Shown here in pieces: positions 45,139 to 54,949 of a DNA stretch of 64,000 nucleotides (position 1 is its first letter; every line of letters starts with the position of its first letter). The DNA comes from a virus (taxonomy: Duplodnaviria; Caudoviricetes), in IMG/VR virus record IMGVR_UViG_3300028172_000069, one strand, 5' to 3'. The position numbers and the translations under genes are program-made. Under the pieces are notes generated by a model. That model had not been told where the DNA came from. It did not search any database and saw only the letters and a program-made list of their open reading frames with translations.

Positions 45139-45605
45139 TACATCACCAGGAAAATGCCCATGAATATGATGACTGCCTTGTGGATCAGCAGCTCGGTTGT
45201 GAGTTCGCGGTACTGCTGGCGTCGCTGGTTCTCGGTGTCAGCGTAGCGCTCTGCGTAGTAGTTACCACGTTCCTCTTCCAGCTTGAGATTCTCCAGCATC
45301 AGGTTGCGCTGGGTCACCAAGCCGTTGTGCGCTGTGAGCAGTAACTGCAACGCTTCGGTGTTCTGCTTGGCTGCTTGCCGATAGGCATTCAGTTGGTTCA
45401 TCCCAGCAGTGTCCAGAGTGGCGAAGCGCTCCTCGCCAATCGTCTGAATCTTGATCTGGGGCACCGCAGGTAGATCGACAGCTTTGGCGTTGAGACTGTC
45501 CACTGGAGCCAACGCGCTGTAGCGATCACTCTTGTCTGGCTGCACTTGGGTCATGCTGCACCCAGTGAGTACGCTCAAGGCGAGCACTGCCAATACCATT
45601 TTCAT
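45138..45605 (-). CDS. lipoprotein, spanin-like, with hydrophobic C-terminus (start ATG 45605)
   Basis: Lipobox LTGC; coiled coil; ends AVIIFMGIFLVM. Confidence 0.7.
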   Translation of the reverse strand: MKMVLAVLALSVLTGCSMTQVQPDKSDRYSALAPVDSLNAKAVDLPAVPQIKIQTIGEERFATLDTAGMNQLNAYRQAAKQNTEALQLLLTAHNGLVTQRNLMLENLKLEEERGNYYAERYADTENQRRQQYRELTTELLIHKAVIIFMGIFLVM

Positions 45606-45656
45606 GTTCGTTACCTGTGCGAAAACCCGCAGCACGGTCAGCACTGCGGGTCCTGG

Positions 45657-46055
45657 TTATGCGCTTTTGGGCGCGTCGGGTAGTTGCTGGACGATTTCCT
45701 GCATCTTCGCCTCTTGCACTTGGATCGCAGCCTCTTGGCGAGCGATCACGTCAGCGGCAGCACCGGTCACAGGTACCTTGTTGAGCAAGTTGTCGCACGC
45801 AAAGCCAATGGCCATGTACGTCAGCTTGGACGACTCAGGGTCTGTGATGATGGTGAACGCAAACGCTGCAATCGTACCGATGATGGCAGTCTGCGAGCGC
45901 ACTGGGTTTGTGGTCCAGTAAGCCAGCAGCCCGATATCGAGTTCACGACAGCGCTTTGCCCAGTTAATGAGAACGCCAATGACAACGCACAGGAAGTACG
46001 TCAGTGCCACGGCGGGTTCGACACCAAGTAGCCCTTTGACTGCCTCGGTTATCAT
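45657..46055 (-). CDS. holin-like membrane protein
   Basis: 2-3 TM segments plus charged/coiled C-terminus, next to lysin-like gene. Confidence 0.55.
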   Translation of the reverse strand: MITEAVKGLLGVEPAVALTYFLCVVIGVLINWAKRCRELDIGLLAYWTTNPVRSQTAIIGTIAAFAFTIITDPESSKLTYMAIGFACDNLLNKVPVTGAAADVIARQEAAIQVQEAKMQEIVQQLPDAPKSA

Positions 46056-46066
46056 GTTGTACGCTC

Positions 46067-46369
46067 CTACTTATCCTCGTTCCAGTTGCGCACAGCATCG
46101 TCCAAACTCTTGTCGGGAGTGACGGGCTTTGGAGCCAGGGTCTGTTCGATCTGCGTGTGTTGGTCCTTTATCACGACCTGCTGTTGCTCCAGGTCTTTGA
46201 CGTTTTCATCCGCCTTGGTCATATCTGGTGGAGGTGGAGCAGTCACAGTTGAGCTACTACCACCCTTGGGAAAGGCGCGCACAACAACCGCTACTGCCAC
46301 CCCGAGCAGCAAAGCTCCCAACCACTTGAGCCACTTCACGGAAGAAGTCAACGCACCTTTAACGTCCAT
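46067..46369 (-). CDS. inner-membrane spanin-like protein
   Basis: N-terminal TM WLGALLLGVAVAVVV, Pro linker, coiled coil. Confidence 0.5.
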   Translation of the reverse strand: MDVKGALTSSVKWLKWLGALLLGVAVAVVVRAFPKGGSSSTVTAPPPPDMTKADENVKDLEQQQVVIKDQHTQIEQTLAPKPVTPDKSLDDAVRNWNEDK

Positions 46370-46371
46370 AG

Positions 46372-46569
46372 CTATTCACCTTCTCGATAGTGCTGGTGAG
46401 ACGCACGCTTGAGCACCCGATGGAGCCGGCGAGCCAGATCACCTTGGATTGCCCGAGATTGATCTTCAAACTCAGGTTCACGATCAGCTTCCTTCTTGCG
46501 CTTACCCTTGGGCAGTTGCTTCTGGAGCCGGGCTTTTACTGGTGGTAGAATATCGAAACTCACGTTCAT
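46372..46569 (-). CDS. basic hypothetical protein (start uncertain, 46569 or 46605)
   Basis: Fills the gap; weak SD. Confidence 0.5.
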   Translation of the reverse strand: MNVSFDILPPVKARLQKQLPKGKRKKEADREPEFEDQSRAIQGDLARRLHRVLKRASHQHYREGE

Positions 46570-46625
46570 GGCATACGTCCGAAAGGATAGTCCATAGCCA
46601 AGCATCTGACTATGGACTAAATTAT

Positions 46626-49223
46626 TCAGCCTAGTTTGGACCGACCCTTTTGGGCAATGCGGAAATTGCGGAGTGAAATGTCGCTACTCCACACGACCTG
46701 ACCACTACTCCCACCAAGACGACGGTTGAAGTACATGACAGAAGGGGTGTCCAGCTGAATGTCGATCGGGAACGCGAACTCGCCGATCATCACACCGTCA
46801 ACCCAGCATTGCATCATACCGTTGTCACGGGTAATCTGCATTTTGTACCACTTGTTCATCTGCACTGGGAAGTCGTACAGGCGATAGAAAGTCGCGTTGC
46901 CTCCGTGGTCGGTTGACAAATAGAAGTAACCGTTCGTGGTGTTGTACTGCACTTCCCAGTTTACCAACTTGCCAGGAGCAGCCCAAGTACCCCAATATAC
47001 CAAGGTAATCATGGACGTGCCCGCTTGAGACGCAGCCGTAGCGCAGTTGAATTCAATATCAACCGTGAAATCTGTGGTGCCGAACACCATAGAACTTGAC
47101 GGTTGAATTGACAAATACGAACCTGCAGGTAAGCGGACGAAGCCGTCGTTGTAGACAGGAGAGCCGTACGCCGACACGAAGGTCTCCAACTTACCATTTG
47201 TTACCAGAGGAATCACGTCAGGAGTGATGAACTCCAAGACAGGACGCCAAAGTTGGCTGGCTACAGCGCCAGTGTTCGACGAGATACCAGCGATAGCGTT
47301 GTTGGTACCACGACATACACGCGATGTGGTTGTTGTTGACAGGTACTCTTGGCACCATGACCCAGGCACATCCAAACCCAGCTCTTCATTGGTGAAGGCA
47401 GCCCAACGAGTAGCTGCTGAGGCGCTCACACTCACGCGATTCATCAGCAACGTCCACTCAGATACAGACGCACCCGCAGCACCGTTGCCAGTGTAAGGGT
47501 TCTGACTTGCACCTGTGGGGAGGCGAACGCGGAAGTGCCCACCAGCAGTCGTGATGCGAGTAGTCTGCTGCACAGGGCTGGATGAAGGCAGCGGCTGTAC
47601 GCCAGTACCCGTCTCCAGACCATAGACAGCACCTGCTTGGTAGAGCGCCTGCCACGAGATACCGGTGCGCAATGGCTTCTTCGGAATAAACAGGATCTTT
47701 CCGTCGAGAGCAAACTTCAACCATGTAGTGTCAGCATTGACGGGCGTACCTTCGGTGAGTCCGAGATACGTCGCAAGATCAACACCTTGCATGACCTCAC
47801 TCATTGGCACTTCACCAAAGTAACCCTGGTTGAAGTTACCGGCGATTGGCTTCTGTGGACCTGGGCCGTTGTATGGCGTGCGCACGCGCGGCAGTGCTAC
47901 ACGCGGACGCCCGATGTTACCGTTGTAAAGCGCTTTCGCTGCGATGCGAATGTTGGTGACGTGCAGGGCGTCCGAGTTTGCCGGAAAGCTGTCCCAGTTG
48001 TCGCGCAGGCCCCGAACTGTCGAGTTGTTGATTATGGGCAGAGGAGCGTTCATCTGCCCAACAAGGTCACCGTCGAAGTACATGGAGACGATGTTACCGA
48101 CCTTCTCTACTACGACATGGACGTCCGCACCGTACTTCGGAAGAAGCCTGTTTGCGTTGAACGCATACGTCGAAGTGCCAGAGTAAACATAGGCAAACTG
48201 GAGCTGCAACGCACCAGTGAAGAACAAGCACCACGAGTTACCGGCTTGCCCACCGTACGCCCACTGTGTGATAACGCCACACTGCCCGTTACCCATAGCT
48301 TGAGTGATGCGGAACTTGCACTCAATGGTAAAATCACCTGCACCAAAGTACGCCAATGGGGCCTCGAAGCGAGACGACGAAGGCTGCTGCGTGATGATGC
48401 GATTCCACTGCATCGCAGCGGTACCGGAGAGCGTGAAAGGCTCGCGGGTGATTTCGTTGATAAACTCGTTACGACGGAAGCTGGCCTGAAAAACAATGCC
48501 GCGCTGCTCTTCCTCAGTGTAAGTCTCATACACCAGAGCAGGCAGTTCTGTAGGTGGAGTGAATGGTCCGTTGTACGCGGACTTGCCACGCATCATACGG
48601 ATGTTCCAGCGCTTACCGATGGCCCCGCGGCGAATGCTCATCATTTCGGTCGACAAGAAGCCTGCGGTACTGTGCGGACCTTGATACTTGATCTGACCGT
48701 TGACGTAGATAGTCAGCACACCGTTGACACGGCATGCAGCAATGTGCGCCTTGGGTTGCAGTAGCTCTGGAATGTTGGTGATGGTAGCGTCACCTGCACC
48801 ACCACGATTACCTGTGGACGTCAGCAGGAAGTTGATGGCTTGTGCAGGCAGAACCGCGAAGTACATGGAGATATTGCCTTCACCGCCAGCACCGAGCATG
48901 TCCAAAGACAAGATGGTACCACCATACTGGCTGACCGAGGTGAACGCTACCCAGCTTTCGATGCTGAAATCTTCGTTCGCCTTGATGTACGGTGGAGGCA
49001 TACCGTTGAGGGCAGCATCTGTGGTGTTGGTCATCAACAAGGTGCTGTCGCTGGTATCAATCGACGCACCACTGCCCAGGGTTAGCAGCGTCTCACTACC
49101 TTCATCCAGAGGCAATCCTTCCTTGAACGTAAGTTGTGACCAGACGTACTGATTGTTCGGAGGTGGCCCACCCGTGTTCCTTTCGATCGGCCAAAGAGAG
49201 TAGCGAGGTATGAGAGACAGCAT
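46626..49223 (-). CDS. multi-domain tail-fibre/receptor-binding-like protein (three LamG/ConA-like domains plus jumbo-phage virion domain)
   Basis: EDFSIE, GDFTIE and TDFTVD strands with H(IV)AxxRxxG repeats; GYFGEV...WLKF..GK.LF..KKP.R..ISW..LY..G.VYG. Confidence 0.8.
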   Translation of the reverse strand: MLSLIPRYSLWPIERNTGGPPPNNQYVWSQLTFKEGLPLDEGSETLLTLGSGASIDTSDSTLLMTNTTDAALNGMPPPYIKANEDFSIESWVAFTSVSQYGGTILSLDMLGAGGEGNISMYFAVLPAQAINFLLTSTGNRGGAGDATITNIPELLQPKAHIAACRVNGVLTIYVNGQIKYQGPHSTAGFLSTEMMSIRRGAIGKRWNIRMMRGKSAYNGPFTPPTELPALVYETYTEEEQRGIVFQASFRRNEFINEITREPFTLSGTAAMQWNRIITQQPSSSRFEAPLAYFGAGDFTIECKFRITQAMGNGQCGVITQWAYGGQAGNSWCLFFTGALQLQFAYVYSGTSTYAFNANRLLPKYGADVHVVVEKVGNIVSMYFDGDLVGQMNAPLPIINNSTVRGLRDNWDSFPANSDALHVTNIRIAAKALYNGNIGRPRVALPRVRTPYNGPGPQKPIAGNFNQGYFGEVPMSEVMQGVDLATYLGLTEGTPVNADTTWLKFALDGKILFIPKKPLRTGISWQALYQAGAVYGLETGTGVQPLPSSSPVQQTTRITTAGGHFRVRLPTGASQNPYTGNGAAGASVSEWTLLMNRVSVSASAATRWAAFTNEELGLDVPGSWCQEYLSTTTTSRVCRGTNNAIAGISSNTGAVASQLWRPVLEFITPDVIPLVTNGKLETFVSAYGSPVYNDGFVRLPAGSYLSIQPSSSMVFGTTDFTVDIEFNCATAASQAGTSMITLVYWGTWAAPGKLVNWEVQYNTTNGYFYLSTDHGGNATFYRLYDFPVQMNKWYKMQITRDNGMMQCWVDGVMIGEFAFPIDIQLDTPSVMYFNRRLGGSSGQVVWSSDISLRNFRIAQKGRSKLG

Positions 49224-49299
49224 AGGTGGGTTCTCTTAGAGTCGAATAATGGTATCCGGTCAGATGACGTGGGGCTCGTCCTTGAGCCGTGGATTGTCC

Positions 49300-52200
49300 T
49301 TACACGAAGTCGAAGGACACCATGCGCCCTTCTTGCAGCGTACCCCAGAACGAAGCAGCTCCGCTCCAGTACACGGACGTGCCTGTACCCATTGAAGCCA
49401 GCGGGGTTGTGAAACCGCTGTATGGCTGACCACTTAGGTTACCGAACCGCGTACCGTTTATCTCCAGCGTCTCCGTCCACAGAGGGATATCCGGAGTTGG
49501 TGTGATGTTCGTCACCTCCCAGCCAATAATCATGTAGTTATTGCGGTCAATGAACAGGCCTTTGATGCGGCGCACGACTCCGCCAACCTGCCAGAGCTTC
49601 TGCGAGCAACTGCCCAACGAAATCCAGCCGACTTGAGACGTGTAGTCGCTGTTCTCCATGTAACCGTAGAGCGTACCGACACCACCTTGATGGAACCCGA
49701 GAGTGATGTGAGGCTTGGGCTTACGCACTCGTGGATACTGCGGGAACTTAGGCACGTTGCCTTTGTACTGCGACACCTTAGAGCAACGCAGATCACGCAA
49801 GACTCCAGCGTAGGAGCTAATGTCACCGCGCTGAATTGCTATAGGCGATTGTCCAAAGTTGCCAGCGTAGGTTGCAGTAGCACTCGGCACACCATCGACA
49901 TACAGCGTGATGGTAGACCCGACGCGTTCAACAACCACGTAGTATTCCACACCAGCGACAGCCGTGATCGTTGACTCCAGCACGACCAGATCAGTCAGCG
50001 CAGCACCAGTCTTCGACAACACAGCGCCAATGTGACCGTTCATGATGCGGAAGTGCCACGAGTTGTCACTGCGCGAGTTCAGGAACTGACCGATGACGGA
50101 GCATGGATTGGCTGCAATGGTGTTGAACAACATGCGGCATTCAATCGTGAAGTCGGCTGCCATGAATGGCGGCGTAGTCTTCGAGAACTGGAATCCACCG
50201 CCGTTTGGAATCTGCAACTGGTTGTTGATTATCACTGCACTTCCCGAGACAGCAACATACGCCGAGGAGATTTGCTCGATCGGGTTGCTGCCGTTGAACT
50301 GCGCAACGACGTTTGCCTGATCGCTCTCGGAGTAGCGACGATCTGGGAACGCTGGGAAGCCGTTGAGCAGCACAGGCTTCCCGTTGTACATTGCCTTGTC
50401 AGCAATGCGAATGTCCCACATCTGTCCGGTACCAGCCCAGAAGTTACCTGCGGCCGACGAGTTGGAGATTGTACGAGGCATACTACCGCGAATCGGGTAC
50501 GGGATATTGGCAGACGTGGAGTCTAGCAGCACGCCTGTGTACGCATCCAGCAGGTAGATCGTAATGACACCACTAACACGCTCAACGATGATCTTGTAAG
50601 ACAGACCATTGGTTAGCGCCAGCTTCGAGATAACGTAGGTTGCGCTGGAGCCAGCCGCGTTCTGCGCGATGCCAAAGTATACCTTGCGGTCATTACCGAT
50701 GCTGAATGCCCAACGGTTACGTTCGTCCGTTGCTGTACCGTAGTACCACTCAGCAATCAGGATGCCTCCGTTTGCATTTGTTGCCGTAACGAGCAGCGAC
50801 GCTTCTAGCGTGAAGTCTCCAGCACCCCATGGGTCAATCTGCATCTGATAGCAGTTAGCAGTCGCCGACTGTGTGCCACCGAAGTAGATACGACCACGGC
50901 GCACGTAGCAGTTGGCGTAACCCAAGAAGGTCAGCGCACGTCCAGATGCAACGTTGTGATTGGAGTCTCGACGCATATCGAACTGGCAGCGGATAGCAGC
51001 CGCATCTTCATCCGAGTAGACAGTGCGAACGTGCTCCATAGGTGCCAAATCAGGCGTGAAGCTCTCGGTGTGTCGGCAGATGCCGCGGTCGATGTAGAAG
51101 TTGCGACGCCAGCCGTTGAAGCCGTTGCTGGAGCCAGTCATACCCAGGCTCAAGCCTTTGACTGCTGCCTGCTGCGCCTGACTTGCACCAGTGTCAATCG
51201 CGTTGATGGTCTGCTTGACACCGTTGTAGAAGATGTACAGAACACCGTTCTTGCGACCCAACTCAATGTGGAAGTCCACGTTGGCAGCCAGTGTCAGAAC
51301 GCCTGATGGGATCACTGCAACTTGGGTCCCGTCTGCCTTATAGAACCGGAACAGGAAGTTCTGGAAATTGGTAGCCCAGTTGCAGTACCAAGTACCACGT
51401 CCACCTTGCGCATCACCCGAGAAGATGTGCAGGTCTTTACCCACGTTTGCCGCAAGCTGGGTCGCAGGCGTGAGCGTGATACCCACAGTGAAGTCTTCGG
51501 TGCCATCGAACAACACCATGTCGTCTTCGTACAGACCTTGGCCGTCGGACGTTGTACGCATACGCTGATTGGCAAGCGTAGGCATTGTGTTCCACGACGT
51601 CATGAATTTCTCGGTCACGTCGTCGATGTGCTCATTGTCCTTGAACGACACAAGACGCCAGCGGTACGCATCGCCGATGGTGTTGATAACGCGCTCGCGG
51701 GTACTCACGGTGTTGAACGCTGATCCTGCCGTGTACGCAAGACCCCACGTGGTCCAGTCCGTCGAGGTGAAGATTTTGGTACCGCCAACGATGAACGAGT
51801 TCTTGTCGTAGGAGCTAATGTCCGAGAGCTTTTGCCCAGCACCGCCAAACATGGTGGTCGTGTTCGGCAGCGTTTGCCAGTTGTCACCATCGACACCGAA
51901 GAAGATCGTTGGGCCGCTGCCGGTATTACCTACAGCATAGAACGCATTGCTGTTGGCGTTGTAGCTCATACCGCCATCAACCATGTCTTCGTTGCTGCCG
52001 CCGTTACGTGTCTTCGTCCAGACGCCGTCTTTCTTGCGGTTGATCGACGCACCTTGTTGCAGCGAAGCTAGGGTAGTTGCACTGCCTGCGATGGCCGACT
52101 GGACAATGTAGGTCGAACCCGAGACAGCGTTCTCGTTGACAGCCACGTAGCCCGTACCGTTCCAGTTGAACACGGTGTAACCCGCACCCGATGCGCCACC

Positions 52201-52674
52201 GTTCTGGTAAATCTTGCCGTCAGCATCCCAGCGACGCGCACGCCGCTTGAAGTAGTTGGTGTGCATAGAGGAAGCGTTGATGCGCGTCCACGTAGCGCCG
52301 TTGTCCGTAGTGTAGATACACATACGGTTATTGGTGATGACTAGAAAACGACCAGCGTCATATACAATCGACGCTTGTGCCATTGGCACGTTAGTTATGA
52401 TATCCGTAGAGACCGTGAGCTTAGTCCACGTCACGCCGTCGTCAGTAGACTTCAGGATCGTGGAACTTGCGCCGACAATCATCCAGACGCCACCACCATA
52501 TGCTGCCATGTGCAGTTCAGTAGTGACACCAGACGCGGGTTCCGTCCATGTAACGCCGTCGGTAGTACGAGCGATCAGGCCATTAGCACCGACTGCGATT
52601 GTAGTGAATCCTTTCTGGGTCTTCAAAGGTCTGGCGATTGGCCAGAGTGAAAACTTAGGGATGAGTGAGAGCAT
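49300..52674 (-). CDS. tail-fibre/receptor-binding-like protein (Asp-box propeller, three LamG-like domains, C-terminal tip domain; start ATG 52674)
   Basis: STDDGVTW, TTDNGATW Asp-box repeats; EDFTV, GDFTLE, ADFTIE; AGGTG SD. Confidence 0.8.
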   Translation of the reverse strand: MLSLIPKFSLWPIARPLKTQKGFTTIAVGANGLIARTTDGVTWTEPASGVTTELHMAAYGGGVWMIVGASSTILKSTDDGVTWTKLTVSTDIITNVPMAQASIVYDAGRFLVITNNRMCIYTTDNGATWTRINASSMHTNYFKRRARRWDADGKIYQNGGASGAGYTVFNWNGTGYVAVNENAVSGSTYIVQSAIAGSATTLASLQQGASINRKKDGVWTKTRNGGSNEDMVDGGMSYNANSNAFYAVGNTGSGPTIFFGVDGDNWQTLPNTTTMFGGAGQKLSDISSYDKNSFIVGGTKIFTSTDWTTWGLAYTAGSAFNTVSTRERVINTIGDAYRWRLVSFKDNEHIDDVTEKFMTSWNTMPTLANQRMRTTSDGQGLYEDDMVLFDGTEDFTVGITLTPATQLAANVGKDLHIFSGDAQGGRGTWYCNWATNFQNFLFRFYKADGTQVAVIPSGVLTLAANVDFHIELGRKNGVLYIFYNGVKQTINAIDTGASQAQQAAVKGLSLGMTGSSNGFNGWRRNFYIDRGICRHTESFTPDLAPMEHVRTVYSDEDAAAIRCQFDMRRDSNHNVASGRALTFLGYANCYVRRGRIYFGGTQSATANCYQMQIDPWGAGDFTLEASLLVTATNANGGILIAEWYYGTATDERNRWAFSIGNDRKVYFGIAQNAAGSSATYVISKLALTNGLSYKIIVERVSGVITIYLLDAYTGVLLDSTSANIPYPIRGSMPRTISNSSAAGNFWAGTGQMWDIRIADKAMYNGKPVLLNGFPAFPDRRYSESDQANVVAQFNGSNPIEQISSAYVAVSGSAVIINNQLQIPNGGGFQFSKTTPPFMAADFTIECRMLFNTIAANPCSVIGQFLNSRSDNSWHFRIMNGHIGAVLSKTGAALTDLVVLESTITAVAGVEYYVVVERVGSTITLYVDGVPSATATYAGNFGQSPIAIQRGDISSYAGVLRDLRCSKVSQYKGNVPKFPQYPRVRKPKPHITLGFHQGGVGTLYGYMENSDYTSQVGWISLGSCSQKLWQVGGVVRRIKGLFIDRNNYMIIGWEVTNITPTPDIPLWTETLEINGTRFGNLSGQPYSGFTTPLASMGTGTSVYWSGAASFWGTLQEGRMVSFDFV

Positions 52675-52908
52675 AAGCACCTACTTGCATGGATTGGTGC
52701 GTTGTTGGGATTGACCATTACGCAGTGTTGAAATTACACCACCTGCTTGAACTTAGGGAAAGACCCATGTGGTAATACGGCACCGCACACAACCAAGAAT
52801 GTGATCTTCAAGTAGTGCAGACTCCAAATCCGCAGTTCAAACGTTCTCCGGTCTAGTTACAAGACAGGGCGCGAAGCGTGGTACAAATATCGGCAGTGTG
52901 ATTACCTA

Positions 52909-54363
52909 CTATGCTTGGATTAATTCTATGGTGTAGGTCTCACCGTCAACGAAGTCAGCGAGTGTGTTCCACCAACTGTATATGGTATTACCTAGACCGA
53001 CCTGCGCAGTAATTGTTGAATTAAGGTCGAAATAGAACCATTTACCATTTGCCTTGATCCCTTTGTACTTAGCACGAATATCCGCGTGCGCTCCTGTGAT
53101 TTCTATGGAGAATCCGTTATACCCGTTGTTACCTGAGGCCTGTATCCAATCACAGCAAATCCGAACACCTTCACCTGTCGTGTTTTGAATCGTACCCGCG
53201 TTACCTGCAAGCCCATAACTGCCGTTTGTGTTGTCCACATAACCAGTTGAGCCCAAGTTAGCGTCACTGCCGACTTGCCTGCCTGCAGTAATGGTGAAGG
53301 CTTTTGCGATTTTCTCCTCAACCTTCCAGATGTTGGTCTTGGTAGTTGAGTTGGCAGTAAACAGGCTATGCGTGACAAAGTGCTGCGATCCCCAGCGGTA
53401 ACCCGCTTGGAAAATACCAGAGAGCTTGTCGATGGTCTTCCAGTTCTTTACCGAGAGGTCATCAAGTAGCGCCTTGATTTTGGCTACATAGGCTGTTACC
53501 TGCGCTTGTGTCGCGTTAGGATCGTCAGGTTGCGGCGCGAGTGAGGCGATCATCAGGGTGTTGTTTTTCACGAGGAACAGATACTTGTCAACGTGGGCGA
53601 TGGATTGGACTCCATATGGTCGCATGTCCAACAGGCCTGCAGTCTGACCCTGAGTGGGGCCTACATACAGCAGCATCTGCTGGTTTGTGCTCTGGAACCC
53701 ATAGAACACGTTATACCCGAAATACACGTAACGGGCATTTGAGGTCACACCCATACTTGGACCCAGCCCACCGTACTGAATAAACGTTGGGAAGTTCCAG
53801 CAGACGAACACGTTGCTGCCAGATGCTGACCAGGATGTGGAGCCGACTAAGGCATTCTTGCTCTTACCCCAGTAGTACGGGTCGACTGCGGGCGGTGAAG
53901 CGGTAGACTTGACCGTCGCCGTGCCTGACATATCTTTGGAGTTCGGCCGTGCCTCATAAGCGTTCTGGCTAGATCGGATGATCTGGTAGACCAACTCATT
54001 TTTGAAGGCGGTTAGTGAGCCGTGTCCGTACGTACTACCTGCCATCTTGGTAGTGAAGGTCTTACCGTCTGTGGCTAGCTGGGAGATACTCGCAACGGAT
54101 CGGCTCGATACCAACTTGTCCCCGACAGCGTAGAGTGACGGATAGGGAACACCAGTGTTGAAGTTTGTGGATTCAAATTGGAAGTTCGGGTCAATTCGCT
54201 CCACTGGTTGGTTAGGCGTATAGAACACATTGGGATCGTGGTGAAGCTGATAGTTCATACCAAGATCGCTGATCCTAGCCTTTGTGTACGTGCCGAGAAG
54301 TGATACGTCTTGCCCAAGTCGATCTTTGGGCCAGAGAGCAAAGCGAGGTACTAGGCTAAGCAT
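52909..54363 (-). CDS. tail-fibre/receptor-binding-like protein (start ATG 54363)
   Basis: MLSLVPRFALWP N-terminus; aromatic beta-rich body; C-terminal tip-like domain. Confidence 0.75.
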   Translation of the reverse strand: MLSLVPRFALWPKDRLGQDVSLLGTYTKARISDLGMNYQLHHDPNVFYTPNQPVERIDPNFQFESTNFNTGVPYPSLYAVGDKLVSSRSVASISQLATDGKTFTTKMAGSTYGHGSLTAFKNELVYQIIRSSQNAYEARPNSKDMSGTATVKSTASPPAVDPYYWGKSKNALVGSTSWSASGSNVFVCWNFPTFIQYGGLGPSMGVTSNARYVYFGYNVFYGFQSTNQQMLLYVGPTQGQTAGLLDMRPYGVQSIAHVDKYLFLVKNNTLMIASLAPQPDDPNATQAQVTAYVAKIKALLDDLSVKNWKTIDKLSGIFQAGYRWGSQHFVTHSLFTANSTTKTNIWKVEEKIAKAFTITAGRQVGSDANLGSTGYVDNTNGSYGLAGNAGTIQNTTGEGVRICCDWIQASGNNGYNGFSIEITGAHADIRAKYKGIKANGKWFYFDLNSTITAQVGLGNTIYSWWNTLADFVDGETYTIELIQA

Positions 54364-54380
54364 GTTTTTGTCCCTAAATG

Positions 54381-54413
54381 AAAAAGGGTCGGCAGCCGTG
54401 AGACTACCAACCC
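54381..54413 (-). terminator. intrinsic terminator on - strand
   Basis: GGGTTGGTAGTC-TCAC-GGCTGCCGACCC-TTTTT with G:U pairs. Confidence 0.8.
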
Positions 54414-54418
54414 TGGTA

Positions 54419-54949
54419 TTACGCTGCGGCTGTGACGTAGCAGCAGGCTGGCTCACTTACTTGTCCATAAGCATTGACCATTCGGTAGCTGAACGAGTCA
54501 TTGCCCGTGAAGCCATTACTGACATACGACATACGCCGACCATCGTTGCTCACACGCGCTACACCATTCTGTGGTTGCCCCAAAATCTGAGGCCAGAACG
54601 GTATGGACGTGACGAACGAGTTACCTTCTGCCTGTACCATGTTGCTGGTGACGTTGATCGTGGTGTCTTCAAACGGAAGGATTTCCGAGTAGACGCGCAC
54701 AATGTAGTCCCCAGGTTCCCGTACAACCAGCTTCCCATCCTCGAAGTAATACTCAGGGAAGAATCCCTCTTCGCGGTTGAGCGTGATCCCGTCAAGCGTG
54801 AACACGTCGAACATATTGCGGTTGATCGGTACCATGACCAGATAGTCGGTGAACGACGTGTCCTGATAGCTGACACTGCGCGCCTTTACAAGCCCGCGCA
54901 GATTTGCCGTGATGGGTTTGGCGTAGCGGAATTGACTTTGAGTAATCAT
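54419..54949 (-). CDS. Ig/cadherin-like (Big_9-type) domain virion protein
   Basis: QPQNGVARV..DG..SY..NGFTGNDSFSY. Confidence 0.75.
   Translation of the reverse strand: MITQSQFRYAKPITANLRGLVKARSVSYQDTSFTDYLVMVPINRNMFDVFTLDGITLNREEGFFPEYYFEDGKLVVREPGDYIVRVYSEILPFEDTTINVTSNMVQAEGNSFVTSIPFWPQILGQPQNGVARVSNDGRRMSYVSNGFTGNDSFSYRMVNAYGQVSEPACCYVTAAA

Noticed and set aside
49300-49306. TTACACG matching part of the 21-bp repeat at the end of the 49300 gene
   Set aside because: Only 7 bp, explained by GTG-TAA codons; expected by chance
42861-54363. Diversity-generating retroelement or shufflon acting on fibre genes
   Set aside because: No reverse transcriptase, invertase, TR/VR pair or repeated crossover sites seen; all genes are co-oriented
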